Origin: a virus
Lineage: Duplodnaviria; Caudoviricetes
Direction: 5' to 3' (one strand)
IMG/VR virus record: IMGVR_UViG_3300037423_000772
Location: 1 to 44,167 of that record
DNA: 44,167 nucleotides
Both the position numbers and the translations under genes were made by a program. The notes beneath the pieces were generated by a model. That model was not told the origin of the DNA. It searched no databases and worked only from the letters and a program-made list of their open reading frames with translations. This document shows, piece by piece, positions 25,633 through 34,576 of this stretch; within the stretch, counting starts at the first letter, position 1; every line of letters begins with the position of its first letter.

Positions 25633-26274
25633 TTACTGCGCCGCGAGCTGTTTCTTCCAGGCGTCCAGGCCGTTCTCGCGGATGAAGCCCGCCTTCTCGG
25701 CGTCGCTCCATTCCTTGATCGGCTTGCTGCCGGGGGTCACGCGGGAGCCGCCTTGCGCCCCACCGCCATTCGTGTCGGGGGCCGTGACGAAGTGCTTGCC
25801 CTCGTCGCTGCCAGCCCATTCCGTGATGTAGTCCGCCAGAGCCTTGTCGCCGGCCTTGACGATCCGTGCGCCGTTTTCCTCGACCACGTTGGCCTGCGCC
25901 GCCAGCACCGCCTTGGCCGCCTTGATGTAGGCCGGGTTAGTGACGTTGGCCTTGGTCAGCGCCTCGGTCAGCGCCGCTTCCTTGAGGCTGTTGTTGAACG
26001 CCGAATCCAGATCGGCTGCCCGCTTGGCCGCCGCCTCCGCGTCCTTCAGTGCCTTCGTGGCCGACTTGTTGGCGTCGGTCAGCTTGGCCTTGAGGTCGTC
26101 GCGTTCGGCTTCCAGTGCGGCGTAGTCGGCAGGGTCGATCTGCTGCCCCTGCTGCGCCTTCTTGAGCTTGCCGAGCAGTTCGGTGTTCTTGTCCTTCAGC
26201 CCTCGCGTCGCGTCCTCGACGGCGGCGGCGATGGCGTCTTTGATTTCCTGACTGTTGAGGTCGATGTCACTCAC
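25633..26274 (-). CDS. Capsid scaffolding protein
   Basis: GLKDKNTELL coiled coil, GGGAQGG linker, short C-terminal helix. Confidence 0.8.
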   Translation of the reverse strand: MSDIDLNSQEIKDAIAAAVEDATRGLKDKNTELLGKLKKAQQGQQIDPADYAALEAERDDLKAKLTDANKSATKALKDAEAAAKRAADLDSAFNNSLKEAALTEALTKANVTNPAYIKAAKAVLAAQANVVEENGARIVKAGDKALADYITEWAGSDEGKHFVTAPDTNGGGAQGGSRVTPGSKPIKEWSDAEKAGFIRENGLDAWKKQLAAQ

Positions 26275-26313
26275 GGAGTTGGCCCCTCGGGCTGGTTGGC
26301 GGGGCCTGGCCCC

Positions 26314-26377
26314 AAAACAAAAGGGCCACCCATGGGGCAGCCCTAGAAATGCAAAAGGCCCGCCGAAGCGAGCCTTG
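26314..26377 (-). terminator. Two tandem terminator-like hairpins upstream of the scaffold gene
   Basis: AAGGCTCGC-TTCG-GCGGGCCTTTT and AGGGC...GCCCTTTTGTTTT on the - strand. Confidence 0.7.
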
Positions 26378-26394
26378 TGGGTTTGGTGATTCGC

Positions 26395-26649
26395 CTACAG
26401 TGCGTGGGACGGCACGCCCCATTTCGCCCGGTAGTCGTTTTCCATCTGCTGACAGGCTTCGCGCATGAAGCGGCGCGTCGCCAGATCACTCAGCGCATCG
26501 TCGCGCGCTTTCACGCACTGCGCGATCCGTTCGCGGGCGTCCGCCTTGGCTCGTCCTTCCGGCGTGTGCGCCTTGGTCGCGCCATACGCCATGATCACCA
26601 GCGCGGCTAGCGCCAGCGCCACGACCACCCATTTTCCGATTGCGCCCAT
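26395..26649 (-). CDS. Moron-like small membrane-anchored protein
   Basis: N-terminal TM segment and two Cys; candidate promoter TAGACA-N17-CAATGT upstream and a terminator downstream. Confidence 0.65.
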   Translation of the reverse strand: MGAIGKWVVVALALAALVIMAYGATKAHTPEGRAKADARERIAQCVKARDDALSDLATRRFMREACQQMENDYRAKWGVPSHAL

Positions 26650-26697
26650 GCCTACCCCCTTGTCAGGCGGCACATTGCACCCGGCCGGGCGGCGTGT

Positions 26698-26892
26698 CTA
26701 CTGCTGGAGCTTTCCGCAGTTGACGCAGTGGCGCGTCGCCGTGCCCCTGTGGACGACCTTGCCGTCCTTGTCGATCAGGATGCCGGTGCGCGCCTCCACG
26801 AAGGTGCGGCAGCCACACGCGCATTCAAGGATGGACGCCTCGGCCAATCGCTTGGCCTTCTTGCCCCCATCAATGACGCGCAGCCCGGTCAT
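26698..26892 (-). CDS. Small Zn-ribbon protein
   Basis: CACGC...CVNCG and LRVIDGGK motifs. Confidence 0.6.
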   Translation of the reverse strand: MTGLRVIDGGKKAKRLAEASILECACGCRTFVEARTGILIDKDGKVVHRGTATRHCVNCGKLQQ

Positions 26893-26899
26893 GGCCGGA

Positions 26900-27988
26900 T
26901 TATGCGCTCCGTTCCAGCAATTGCGGGAGCGTCAACCACACGCCCTGGTCGTTGTAAAACCGCTCCATCGGCATCCCCGAGCGGAACAGCTTGCCCCGCG
27001 TCGGGCCAAGGATTTCGTCCTGCCTGGCCGCCGATTGCTTCTTCAGCCACTCGGCGTAGGTCAGGTCCGCAGGGACTTGCCCGTCCATGCTGGCCCGGGT
27101 GCCCGGTGGCAATTCATCAATGTCGATGCCAAGTTCCCGCCACGACTTGGTGACCGGCGTGGACACCGAACGGCAATTGAAATGCAGCCGCCCCGGACCG
27201 CCCAGCCACGGGATATTGTGGCCCAGCGGCTTGTGGGTCTCCGGGTCGTACAGATGCCCATCCCGCAGCCGGCACATGGGACTCGTGCGGCTGTCCAGCG
27301 TGGCCGTCCACTTCAGCGCCTTAATGACCGTGGCGTTGGCGTCGTAGAACGCCTGCCGGGCCGTCTGTGCGGTATGCGAGAGGGCCGTCTGCACCACGGC
27401 CGCCAACTCCCGGCGGGAGCGGTCCAGCAGGCCATCGGCATAGTTCAGGGCGCGTGAACCCCGGATGCTGGCGATGATCTCGCTCGTGGTCTTGCCTTCC
27501 ACGAACCCCTGCCGAATGGCATTGCGCAGCAGCACCAGCCGCGACGCTTCCACCGTCTTGGCCCAGTCCATCAGCAGCCGGCCCTGGAACGGGCGGGATA
27601 CGACAGCGGCATAGACCTGCTCGATGCTCACCCCCGCCACGGGGAAGCGCAGTTGCACGATGCTGGGCAGCGTGCGCTTGAACAGGCTGACCTGATACTG
27701 GCTTTCCGCCTCGGCCAATGACCGCAGGTCCGGCCCCAACTCGCGGAACACTTCGGCATAGGCTTGGGCGTTCAGCGCCCGCACCGATTGCAGCAGCGCA
27801 TCCAGCCGCTCGACCGTGAAGCTCTCGCGATCCAGTTGCAGCAAGGCTTCCGTGAGCTGCGCCGTCAGCCGCGCGTCCGTGCGGTTAAGGATCGCCACCA
27901 TGCGGCGGACGATGCCGTTGGAAAAGCGATGCAGGTCCACGGCCCGATCCACGGCCTGGTCCTGTAGAGCCTCGTTAACCGGCAGCAT
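26900..27988 (-). CDS. Minor head morphogenesis protein (SPP1 gp7/Mu gpF family)
   Basis: WTATLDSRT...C..RDG and HFNCRS motifs; follows the portal gene. Confidence 0.9.
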   Translation of the reverse strand: MLPVNEALQDQAVDRAVDLHRFSNGIVRRMVAILNRTDARLTAQLTEALLQLDRESFTVERLDALLQSVRALNAQAYAEVFRELGPDLRSLAEAESQYQVSLFKRTLPSIVQLRFPVAGVSIEQVYAAVVSRPFQGRLLMDWAKTVEASRLVLLRNAIRQGFVEGKTTSEIIASIRGSRALNYADGLLDRSRRELAAVVQTALSHTAQTARQAFYDANATVIKALKWTATLDSRTSPMCRLRDGHLYDPETHKPLGHNIPWLGGPGRLHFNCRSVSTPVTKSWRELGIDIDELPPGTRASMDGQVPADLTYAEWLKKQSAARQDEILGPTRGKLFRSGMPMERFYNDQGVWLTLPQLLERSA

Positions 27989-29378
27989 TCGGGTCGGCGT
28001 TCGGATCAGGTGTCATCGCCAGCGCGAGTGACGGACCTTCCGCCTTGGCCGCCGCCGTTTCTTCTGCCGGATCGAGGTCCGGCGACAGCACGCCACGGCG
28101 CTGCAATTCCCGCAGGGCCGTTTCGTGGGTCAGCATGCCGGACATCGCCAGATCCTTGATCAGCGCCGCCGAGGCATCCGACAGGTTTGCCGCGCCGTAG
28201 TCATCGAACAGCGACACATTGCCGCCCGTGGGCAGGCGTGCCCATTGCGCCATGTAGGCCAGCGCCATGTCCAACGCATCGGCGAACCCTTCCGCCATGC
28301 GCTGCAAGTCGCACTTGTTGCCCTCGTCATCGCCAGCCGCTTCCGTCGCGGTGCGGTTGCCGGGCTTCTGCACCAGCAACTCGGCCCCGGTCTGCACCAT
28401 CTGCTCTTCGAGACGCAGCAGGGATTCCGCGCCCGCCTTGATGGCGTTTCCGGAATGCTCGACATACTTCAGGTCGGCATCCGGCGGCAGCTTGACCGCC
28501 GAGGCCGCGCCGACGGTGAGCGACGCGTCATCAGCGCCAATCAGCGCCAAGATGGGCACCCGCGCCACATGCTCGATCGTGTCCTGGTCGCTCTGCGACT
28601 GCCAATGCTTGACGTTGAGATAGGCCAGATCGAGCAGCGGCGGCCGGCCGCACATCAGCCCCTCGCGCACGCCATACAGCGGCACGAACGGGATGTCCGC
28701 CAGCGTCGTGACGCCCTCGTCCACCTTGATCCAGTCACCCGACGAGCTGGGCGGCTGCCACAACTCCCAGCGCCCCGGCTCCAACACGCGCACCTGCGGC
28801 ACGCACACCGTGCCATACGGACCATCGGGCTGCTCGCTGGATTCAAGGATGCGAAGCTGTGCCAGGCGCACACGACCCGCGATGACTTCGGTGCGCCAGC
28901 CGAGGATCTGCTGGTGCATCACCCGCACGAAATACGGACGGGCACCCGAGGCTTCCACTTGCGCCACCGTGCGGCCGGTGCGCACGGGCGTGACACGTGG
29001 GTAGTCCACAAGGATGCCGGCAAGGCCGTTGAACGACTCTTCGAACATCTCGGCCGCGAAGGCGTGCAGGTTCACGCCCTGCCGGTCGATGTCCTCCGCC
29101 CATGCCTTGATCTGCGCAGGCGTGTCGTCCGAGAGCGTCAGCGGTTTGGCGAACGGCTTGCCCGCCATCACCCGCACGGTGCGCCGGTAGGCCGGGAACA
29201 GCGTGGCCGTGGCGAGACGGGCGCGATAGCTCTCCGCCTCCTCGTTCGGCCATTGCGGCAGGTACTTGGTCGATGCCTTGCGCATTGCAGGCGTGCCGCC
29301 CGTCAGGGCCTCCAGCACGGCCCACTGCTCCGCCAGCGCCTTCACCTCGGCGCTTTGATCGTTGACGGCTAGGGGCAT
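27975..29378 (-). CDS. Portal protein (DUF4055-like)
   Basis: YLPQWPNE...Y.ARL and PPLLDLAYLNVKHWQSQSD motifs; follows terL. Confidence 0.88.
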   Translation of the reverse strand: MPLAVNDQSAEVKALAEQWAVLEALTGGTPAMRKASTKYLPQWPNEEAESYRARLATATLFPAYRRTVRVMAGKPFAKPLTLSDDTPAQIKAWAEDIDRQGVNLHAFAAEMFEESFNGLAGILVDYPRVTPVRTGRTVAQVEASGARPYFVRVMHQQILGWRTEVIAGRVRLAQLRILESSEQPDGPYGTVCVPQVRVLEPGRWELWQPPSSSGDWIKVDEGVTTLADIPFVPLYGVREGLMCGRPPLLDLAYLNVKHWQSQSDQDTIEHVARVPILALIGADDASLTVGAASAVKLPPDADLKYVEHSGNAIKAGAESLLRLEEQMVQTGAELLVQKPGNRTATEAAGDDEGNKCDLQRMAEGFADALDMALAYMAQWARLPTGGNVSLFDDYGAANLSDASAALIKDLAMSGMLTHETALRELQRRGVLSPDLDPAEETAAAKAEGPSLALAMTPDPNADPNAAG

Positions 29379-29379
29379 C

Positions 29380-30702
29380 TCAGAGTCTCAGAGGCTCGAC
29401 CAGCGCAATGCGCTTGATGACCGGCCATTCCCGGTCAACGCAATAGCCAATCGCAGTGGTGATGTGTTGATACTGGTTCGACTGATCCTCTTGGAACGTC
29501 GAGCCTTCTTTGACCTGCACCGTGCTTAGGCCCTTGTGGCACCAAGGCGCAGTCGCCGGGTTGACGAACAGGCTGGTGTCGCCCGAGGCCGTCAGGATTT
29601 TGGCGCGCACCGCGTTCTGTCGGTCCTTGATGGCTGGAGCCGCAGGCTTCACCCGTCGCTCATACGTCCATCCGTGCGCCTTCAGCACGCCCTCGATGTC
29701 GGTGTAGTCCGAGGCGTGGCCGTGCTTCTCGCCCTGCCGACCGGCCGGGTCGCCGTAGATCAGGACGTGCTTGTTCTTGTGATCCTTGAACCTCTCGACA
29801 AACTCCAGCGCCGACTGCTTTGACACCGCACTGGTCAGCACGATCTCGTCCAGCAGGAACAGGCTATTGCCATTCCGCCGCACCCCGATGGCCGAGGACA
29901 GCGGCGTGAAGTTCTGGTCGTGCATCCACATGAGCTGCTCGTGCGGCTCGATATGGGCGTCCGTGATGTTGTGCTTGCCGTAGTCCTCGTAGATCCGGCC
30001 CGAAGCCGTCTCGAATGAGGCCTCGAACTCCTGCTTGAACTGCTTGGCGGACATCGCCCGCTTCATGGCCTCGATCACGTCGAGCGGCAGGATCTCTGCC
30101 GACTTCCAGTGAAAGACCTTGAAGTTTGGGTCTGCCCCCGTCTCGGCCTGCATGCACAGGTCGTAGTAGTGGTTCAGGCCATCGGGCACGCCCAGCAGCC
30201 AGCACCACGCCCGGTAGTCGGGGTCCAACGGATTGACCGTGTTCAGCGCCGGCAGGATGTTGGCTTCCCACGCATCCGCCTTGATGTCGGCGAACTCATC
30301 GATGCCGCCCCCCTTCCACGGGATGCCCTCGATGCGCTGCGGCTTGTCGAGTCCCACCACATGGATCTCGCTGCCGTTGGGCAGGTAGATGATCCGCTCC
30401 GATTCGGACGGACGCTTGGGATGCAGACTGGAGAGCGAGAACGCCTTCAGGTCATCCCAAAAGATTTTCTTGGCCTGATCGTGCGTTGGGGCTGCCGCGA
30501 AGTACGGCCCCGGAACCTTGTTGGCCTGCTTGACCAGGAACCGCTTGAACCGCTCCGTCTTGCCGCTGCGCCGCCCCGCCGGCACCAATGGGAAGCGCAC
30601 ACCGCTCGGCACCGCATCCACCAGCGCCAACTGCACCGGGTGATCCCGCAGCGCGTACCACCGCGCAAGCTGCCGATCCAGCAGCAGGTTGCCAGTTGTC
30701 AT
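29380..30702 (-). CDS. terL: Terminase large subunit
   Basis: Walker A AGRRSGKT, Walker B GGIDE, FKQEFEASF and a nuclease domain (HDQN, YGDPAG). Confidence 0.93.
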   Translation of the reverse strand: MTTGNLLLDRQLARWYALRDHPVQLALVDAVPSGVRFPLVPAGRRSGKTERFKRFLVKQANKVPGPYFAAAPTHDQAKKIFWDDLKAFSLSSLHPKRPSESERIIYLPNGSEIHVVGLDKPQRIEGIPWKGGGIDEFADIKADAWEANILPALNTVNPLDPDYRAWCWLLGVPDGLNHYYDLCMQAETGADPNFKVFHWKSAEILPLDVIEAMKRAMSAKQFKQEFEASFETASGRIYEDYGKHNITDAHIEPHEQLMWMHDQNFTPLSSAIGVRRNGNSLFLLDEIVLTSAVSKQSALEFVERFKDHKNKHVLIYGDPAGRQGEKHGHASDYTDIEGVLKAHGWTYERRVKPAAPAIKDRQNAVRAKILTASGDTSLFVNPATAPWCHKGLSTVQVKEGSTFQEDQSNQYQHITTAIGYCVDREWPVIKRIALVEPLRL

Positions 30703-31094
30703 CCGGGCAGCTTGGCGATCAGGTCCGACAGCACCTTGGGCAGTTCGCTGCCAGCACCACTACCCTCGCCATCCAGCCCGGCTAGCTTCGCCTTTCCCAT
30801 GGTGGCCGACACCATTGCAGCCCCTTGCTCGCGCTGCTTGGCCACCTGCCGGGCTTCCTCCAGTTCTGCAATCAGGCTGTTCACCGTCACCGCGTGGCGC
30901 TCTAGGACGCTATGGCGCAGTTCTGCGACCCTACCCGCGACCTCCCCGCTGGCAAGAAGCTCGGAGGCGCGCTTGGCGACCGTCTCGGGCTTCATGCCAT
31001 CGGCGTCATACGCCTGGCGGTATGCCTCGCTCGCGTTCCCCGTCTCGATATATTTCTGGCAGAACGCCTCTTGTTTGATCGTTAGGGCGGCCAT
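30699..31094 (-). CDS. terS: Terminase small subunit
   Basis: LTIKQEAFCQKYIETGNASEAYRQAY HTH motif. Confidence 0.92.
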   Translation of the reverse strand: MAALTIKQEAFCQKYIETGNASEAYRQAYDADGMKPETVAKRASELLASGEVAGRVAELRHSVLERHAVTVNSLIAELEEARQVAKQREQGAAMVSATMGKAKLAGLDGEGSGAGSELPKVLSDLIAKLPG

Positions 31095-31196
31095 CAGCCA
31101 CCTCCTCAGTGGCCCTCGGCCGAAATATCCTGTCCCACTCGCTCGTGAACTGCTCCTCGCTCACCTGCTTGGGGCGATGCGAGTAGAACTCCCGGC

Positions 31197-32228
31197 TCAT
31201 ACGTAGCTATTCGTCCCCACATCCAGCCCGCTCACGGACGTGGTGGTGGTGATCAGCAGATCGGCCTGAAACGTGGAGCTGTACCCCGTGCGGGTCACAT
31301 CGGGGTTGCGATCGCGGATGCTGTTGCGGGTGTAGTTCGGCCCGAAGCGGTTTCCGCTCACATGCAGGCCCTTACCCGACAACAGGCGCAAGCCGGTCGC
31401 CGAGTTCCAGCCAATCTGGTTGTTCAGGAACGACACGTTGCTGGCCCCGTTCACCACCGCGCCGTTGCTCTTGTTGATGCTGGCCAGATCCGTGCCGCCG
31501 ATCTGGCAGTTCTGCACCGTCACGCCGTCGATGATCCCGCCATCACTGCGTTGCAGGATGTTCACCCCGTACTTCGCATTGCCGGGGAATCGGCAGTTGT
31601 CGATCAGGACGTTCTTGCAGACCTGGCCCGGCTCCGGCTCGATGTCCACGCCACACTGCGGGCTCGTGCCGTTGGTGTAACTGAACTCTGAGTTCAGGAG
31701 CTTGACCGCCGCACCGTCCACGATGGAGCAGCCCTGGCGGCGGTTGTTCGTGGAGATGCAGTTCTCGATCACGACGTCGTCGGACGAGATGCAGATGCCG
31801 TCCCCGGTGCAGTTGGAGACCTTCAGGCCCGTCACCGTGCCGCGTCCGCCGCCATGCACCGCAAAGCCGTGGCCCCACTCGTGGGTCTGCTGACTCGTGG
31901 TCAGACCTGCGGTGACATAGCTGTGTGCGTAGCGGTCGCCGACAATCTCGCCGCCCACCACTTCCCAATCCCACGCCGCATTGCTGTCCAGCACGGCATA
32001 ACGGATCGCGCTGTTGGGGATGACCTTCAACGTCACGCCGGTCAGCACCAGGCGCACGCCATTGCGCAGCTTGATCGAGGCGTTGACGGCGTCGATCAGA
32101 TACTCGCCCGGCGCCACCACCACCGTCCCGCCATCGCTGGGCAGGCTGTTGATGGCTTTCTGGATGCTCGCCACGTTGGGCGAGAGGTCCACGGTCGTGC
32201 TGCCGATCTTCCGGCTGTAGTCGGTCAC
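31197..32228 (-). CDS. Free-standing right-handed parallel beta-helix protein (pectin-lyase-like, putative depolymerase)
   Basis: IQKAINSL..GGTVVVAPGEY cap and PbH1-like repeats; paralogous to the hub C-terminal domain; no signal peptide visible. Confidence 0.85.
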   Translation of the reverse strand: MTDYSRKIGSTTVDLSPNVASIQKAINSLPSDGGTVVVAPGEYLIDAVNASIKLRNGVRLVLTGVTLKVIPNSAIRYAVLDSNAAWDWEVVGGEIVGDRYAHSYVTAGLTTSQQTHEWGHGFAVHGGGRGTVTGLKVSNCTGDGICISSDDVVIENCISTNNRRQGCSIVDGAAVKLLNSEFSYTNGTSPQCGVDIEPEPGQVCKNVLIDNCRFPGNAKYGVNILQRSDGGIIDGVTVQNCQIGGTDLASINKSNGAVVNGASNVSFLNNQIGWNSATGLRLLSGKGLHVSGNRFGPNYTRNSIRDRNPDVTRTGYSSTFQADLLITTTTSVSGLDVGTNSYV

Positions 32229-32237
32229 TGCCTACTC

Positions 32238-32420
32238 CTACACCAGCGCGTCGCGCTCGTCCCAGCCGGCGGGGCATTCGGCCTCACGGGGCCATGCGCC
32301 GGGGCCGCGAAGGTATTCCCACACCCCGAACTCGTATCCGACTGACTGCACGCCGAAACGGGTGCGATCAGGGTTGTCCAAGTTCACAGGCTTCCCGTGC
32401 CAGTCGTAGTCTTTGTTCAC
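32238..32420 (-). CDS. Hypothetical protein
   Basis: GTGA-coupled to Rz. Confidence 0.5.
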   Translation of the reverse strand: MNKDYDWHGKPVNLDNPDRTRFGVQSVGYEFGVWEYLRGPGAWPREAECPAGWDERDALV

Positions 32421-32887
32421 TTGCGCTCGTCCTGCAACAGCTTTTGCAGCGCCCTTATTTTCTCGGCGTCGTCGTGGGCGGCTCCAATAACTCGTCCCGC
32501 GCTGTCTGCTCGCCGACTGGCGGCGTCATCAGCCGAGGATCCACCGGAGGCAGCATCGGACACGCGGCCGGCTTCGCAGCCTTGCCATAGCTTGCGCAGC
32601 TTGAGAGTCCCAGCACGGAGGCCATCAGCCACATGCTTAGCATCAGCTTCCGCATCGCGCTTTCCTTTCGCATACGCCTCGCCGGCTGCCACGTTGGCCG
32701 CAAGCAACTGGCGTTCTTTCTCTTGGACTGTTCGCAACGCCGCGGCTTCAGCCGTCTTATCTGCCAGCAGATGCTTGTCGAACTTAGCCTGCACTTTGGC
32801 CGCACCATGGCGATCGCCATGCGTCCACACGGCCAACAGCAGCGCCACGATGGCCGCCAGCTTGATCCACGGCCAATACGGGTTCAT
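32417..32887 (-). CDS. Rz: i-spanin (Rz-like)
   Basis: N-terminal TM, coiled coil, LRAGTLKLR and IRALQ motifs; contains a nested lipoprotein gene. Confidence 0.85.
   Translation of the reverse strand: MNPYWPWIKLAAIVALLLAVWTHGDRHGAAKVQAKFDKHLLADKTAEAAALRTVQEKERQLLAANVAAGEAYAKGKRDAEADAKHVADGLRAGTLKLRKLWQGCEAGRVSDAASGGSSADDAASRRADSAGRVIGAAHDDAEKIRALQKLLQDERK
32455..32655 (-). CDS. Rz1: o-spanin lipoprotein (Rz1-like), embedded in Rz
   Basis: AAGGA RBS, lipobox LSSC, Pro-rich CPMLPPVDPRLMTPP. Confidence 0.85.
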   Translation of the reverse strand: MRKLMLSMWLMASVLGLSSCASYGKAAKPAACPMLPPVDPRLMTPPVGEQTARDELLEPPTTTPRK

Positions 32888-33489
32888 TCGGTTGCGGCCC
32901 ATTGCTGCGCGGTGAAGGCCAGCGGGATTGAAAACGCCATACCCGACATCCCAATCGACACGGAGCCGGTATGCACTGCCACCAGCTCGCCGCTGTCGTT
33001 GAAGTAGCCCGACCCGCTATCCCCGCCGCCGGTGACCAGCTCAAACAGCATCAACGTGCATTTCTTGATGGTCAGCCCCGGGATGTCGGGACAGTCATCG
33101 AGGTTGTTGATGGCGGACAGCACGCCAACGCGGTACACGCTGCGCCAGTCGCCAGGGTTGCCCATCAGGCGCACGCGGTCGCCGATCAGCACCTTGCCCG
33201 GGGCCGCCCAATTCCTGAACGTCCGATTCACCCGCACCAGCGCGTGGTCGTGACCATCAAAGATCACATCCAGCGTCTTTGCCGGCTTGCCATCCACCCC
33301 GACAATGGGGCCGCCTTCGTAGATGCAATGGCCTGCCGTCACCAGCCAGTGGGCACTGACTGCTGTCGCCGAACAGGTGCCCAGCGGCATCTCGATGAAG
33401 TGAGCCACTTGCTGCACAGCAGAGAACCGCGGGGCTGAAACACACCCGCACCCCGTCAGCACCAGCGCCAGGAGTGCGGCCAGCTTCAT
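32884..33489 (-). CDS. Trypsin-like (S1) serine protease lipoprotein
   Basis: Lipobox LTGC; triad motifs VTAGHC, HDHALV and GGDSGSG; ATGA-coupled to Rz. Confidence 0.85.
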   Translation of the reverse strand: MKLAALLALVLTGCGCVSAPRFSAVQQVAHFIEMPLGTCSATAVSAHWLVTAGHCIYEGGPIVGVDGKPAKTLDVIFDGHDHALVRVNRTFRNWAAPGKVLIGDRVRLMGNPGDWRSVYRVGVLSAINNLDDCPDIPGLTIKKCTLMLFELVTGGGDSGSGYFNDSGELVAVHTGSVSIGMSGMAFSIPLAFTAQQWAATE

Positions 33490-33503
33490 TTGTCGTGCCC
33501 TCG

Positions 33504-33542
33504 AAAAAGATGCCAGCCCCTACGCGCGCACGTATGGCTGGC
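33504..33542 (-). terminator. Terminator-like hairpin just upstream of the protease gene
   Basis: GCCAGCC...GGCTGGC stem followed by ATCTTTTT. Confidence 0.6.
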
Positions 33543-33623
33543 GGCGGAGCCGACCCGCGAGGCAAAGGATGTGCCGAAGCACGGCCCGCGCCGTGACCCT
33601 GCGGCTAACTCAGGGCCAACTCT

Positions 33624-33740
33624 TTAACTTGCGATTGTCATCAACCACTGCGCGGCTGTGATGACGCCGCCGAGAAGCAACGCCGTGGCGATACTCCACT
33701 TGAATACCGTGAGCAGCGCGGCGCGCTTCTCGGGCGTCAT
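33624..33740 (-). CDS. 38-aa membrane peptide (MTPEKRAALLTVFKWSIATALLLGG...)
   Basis: Manual translation; ATGA-coupled; single TM segment. Confidence 0.5.
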   Translation of the reverse strand: MTPEKRAALLTVFKWSIATALLLGGVITAAQWLMTIAS

Positions 33741-33838
33741 GCGAACCACCCGTACAACGCGCCGCAGATGGCCACGGTCAGCGGATGGCGGGCGAACGGA
33801 GACACACGCGGCGCAACCAGCGGGCGAATCTCACTCAT
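33737..33838 (-). CDS. 33-aa peptide (MSEIRPLVAPR...AICGALYGWFA)
   Basis: Manual translation; fills the gap with overlapping start and stop codons. Confidence 0.4.
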   Translation of the reverse strand: MSEIRPLVAPRVSPFARHPLTVAICGALYGWFA

Positions 33839-34097
33839 CCGGCGTCCCACCCGGCTTGAGGTCGGCGGGGTCGATGTAGTCACCCACCGCCTTGCCGGTC
33901 ATCCAGCCGCCCGGCGCATCTTGCTTCGCGTATCCGGCGAGCATCCAAATGCCGTCGGGCAGCGTGGACCACTCGCCGATTCCCGCCCAATCCTCAGCCG
34001 CATAGGCGAGATCGAGCAGCCAGCGAGCGGCGCGGAACACCAGCATGCCGAGCTTGCGAAGCAGCCATGACACCACAGTCGCCGTCAGAACTTTCAT
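33831..34097 (-). CDS. Hypothetical protein after the endolysin
   Basis: ATGA-coupled to the endolysin; amphipathic N-terminus. Confidence 0.55.
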   Translation of the reverse strand: MKVLTATVVSWLLRKLGMLVFRAARWLLDLAYAAEDWAGIGEWSTLPDGIWMLAGYAKQDAPGGWMTGKAVGDYIDPADLKPGGTPDE

Positions 34098-34576
34098 GTT
34101 TCCCCCAAGCACAGCGCCCGCTCGGCCGCGCGGCGTCGCGTCAGGCCCAGCACTTCCCGGCCACCGGCACGATTCCAGCGCATGAGCTGTTCGCAATACG
34201 CTTCGGGCGGGTCGCCACGATTCACCATGCGGACCAGCGTCGAACCACAGGCCGCGCCCTTGCCCACGTTGTATTCCCACGAACCCAGCGCAATCCACAC
34301 GTTCTCGGGCAGGGGCCGGTGCACACAGGAGGCCAGCTCCGCCAGGTGCTTGGCCGCCTCGTTACGGTTCAGCGCATCGCACTCAGCCCGCGTGTAGTGA
34401 TCCTTGTGCGGCCCTTCCGTGATGCCTTGGCACCACGTCCAGACGCCCACGATGTCGCGGTAGGCGTCGAGACTGTTGCCCTCTATGGGGCGCAGGTAGT
34501 GCGTCAGTGCGCCCGCCAGCAGCGTTACCGCTGCGGCCGGGGCGATGAGGCGCTTACCCGCGCTTTGCAGCTTCAC
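34094..34576 (-). CDS. GH24 lysozyme, probable SAR endolysin
   Basis: E-x8-D-x5-T (EGNSLDAYRDIVGVWT), YNVG and GLTRRR motifs; Ala/Gly-rich N-terminal anchor. Confidence 0.92.
   Translation of the reverse strand: MKLQSAGKRLIAPAAAVTLLAGALTHYLRPIEGNSLDAYRDIVGVWTWCQGITEGPHKDHYTRAECDALNRNEAAKHLAELASCVHRPLPENVWIALGSWEYNVGKGAACGSTLVRMVNRGDPPEAYCEQLMRWNRAGGREVLGLTRRRAAERALCLGET

Noticed and set aside
16152-32228. Diversity-generating retroelement or invertible tail cassette explaining the duplicated beta-helix
   Set aside because: No reverse transcriptase or invertase is visible. The copies differ throughout and not only at adenines, and I saw no flanking inverted repeats.
33490-33623. Known riboswitch or ribozyme (c-di-GMP-I, hammerhead, HDV-like)
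   Set aside because: I could not match the required conserved cores by eye; kept only as an unassigned structured element.
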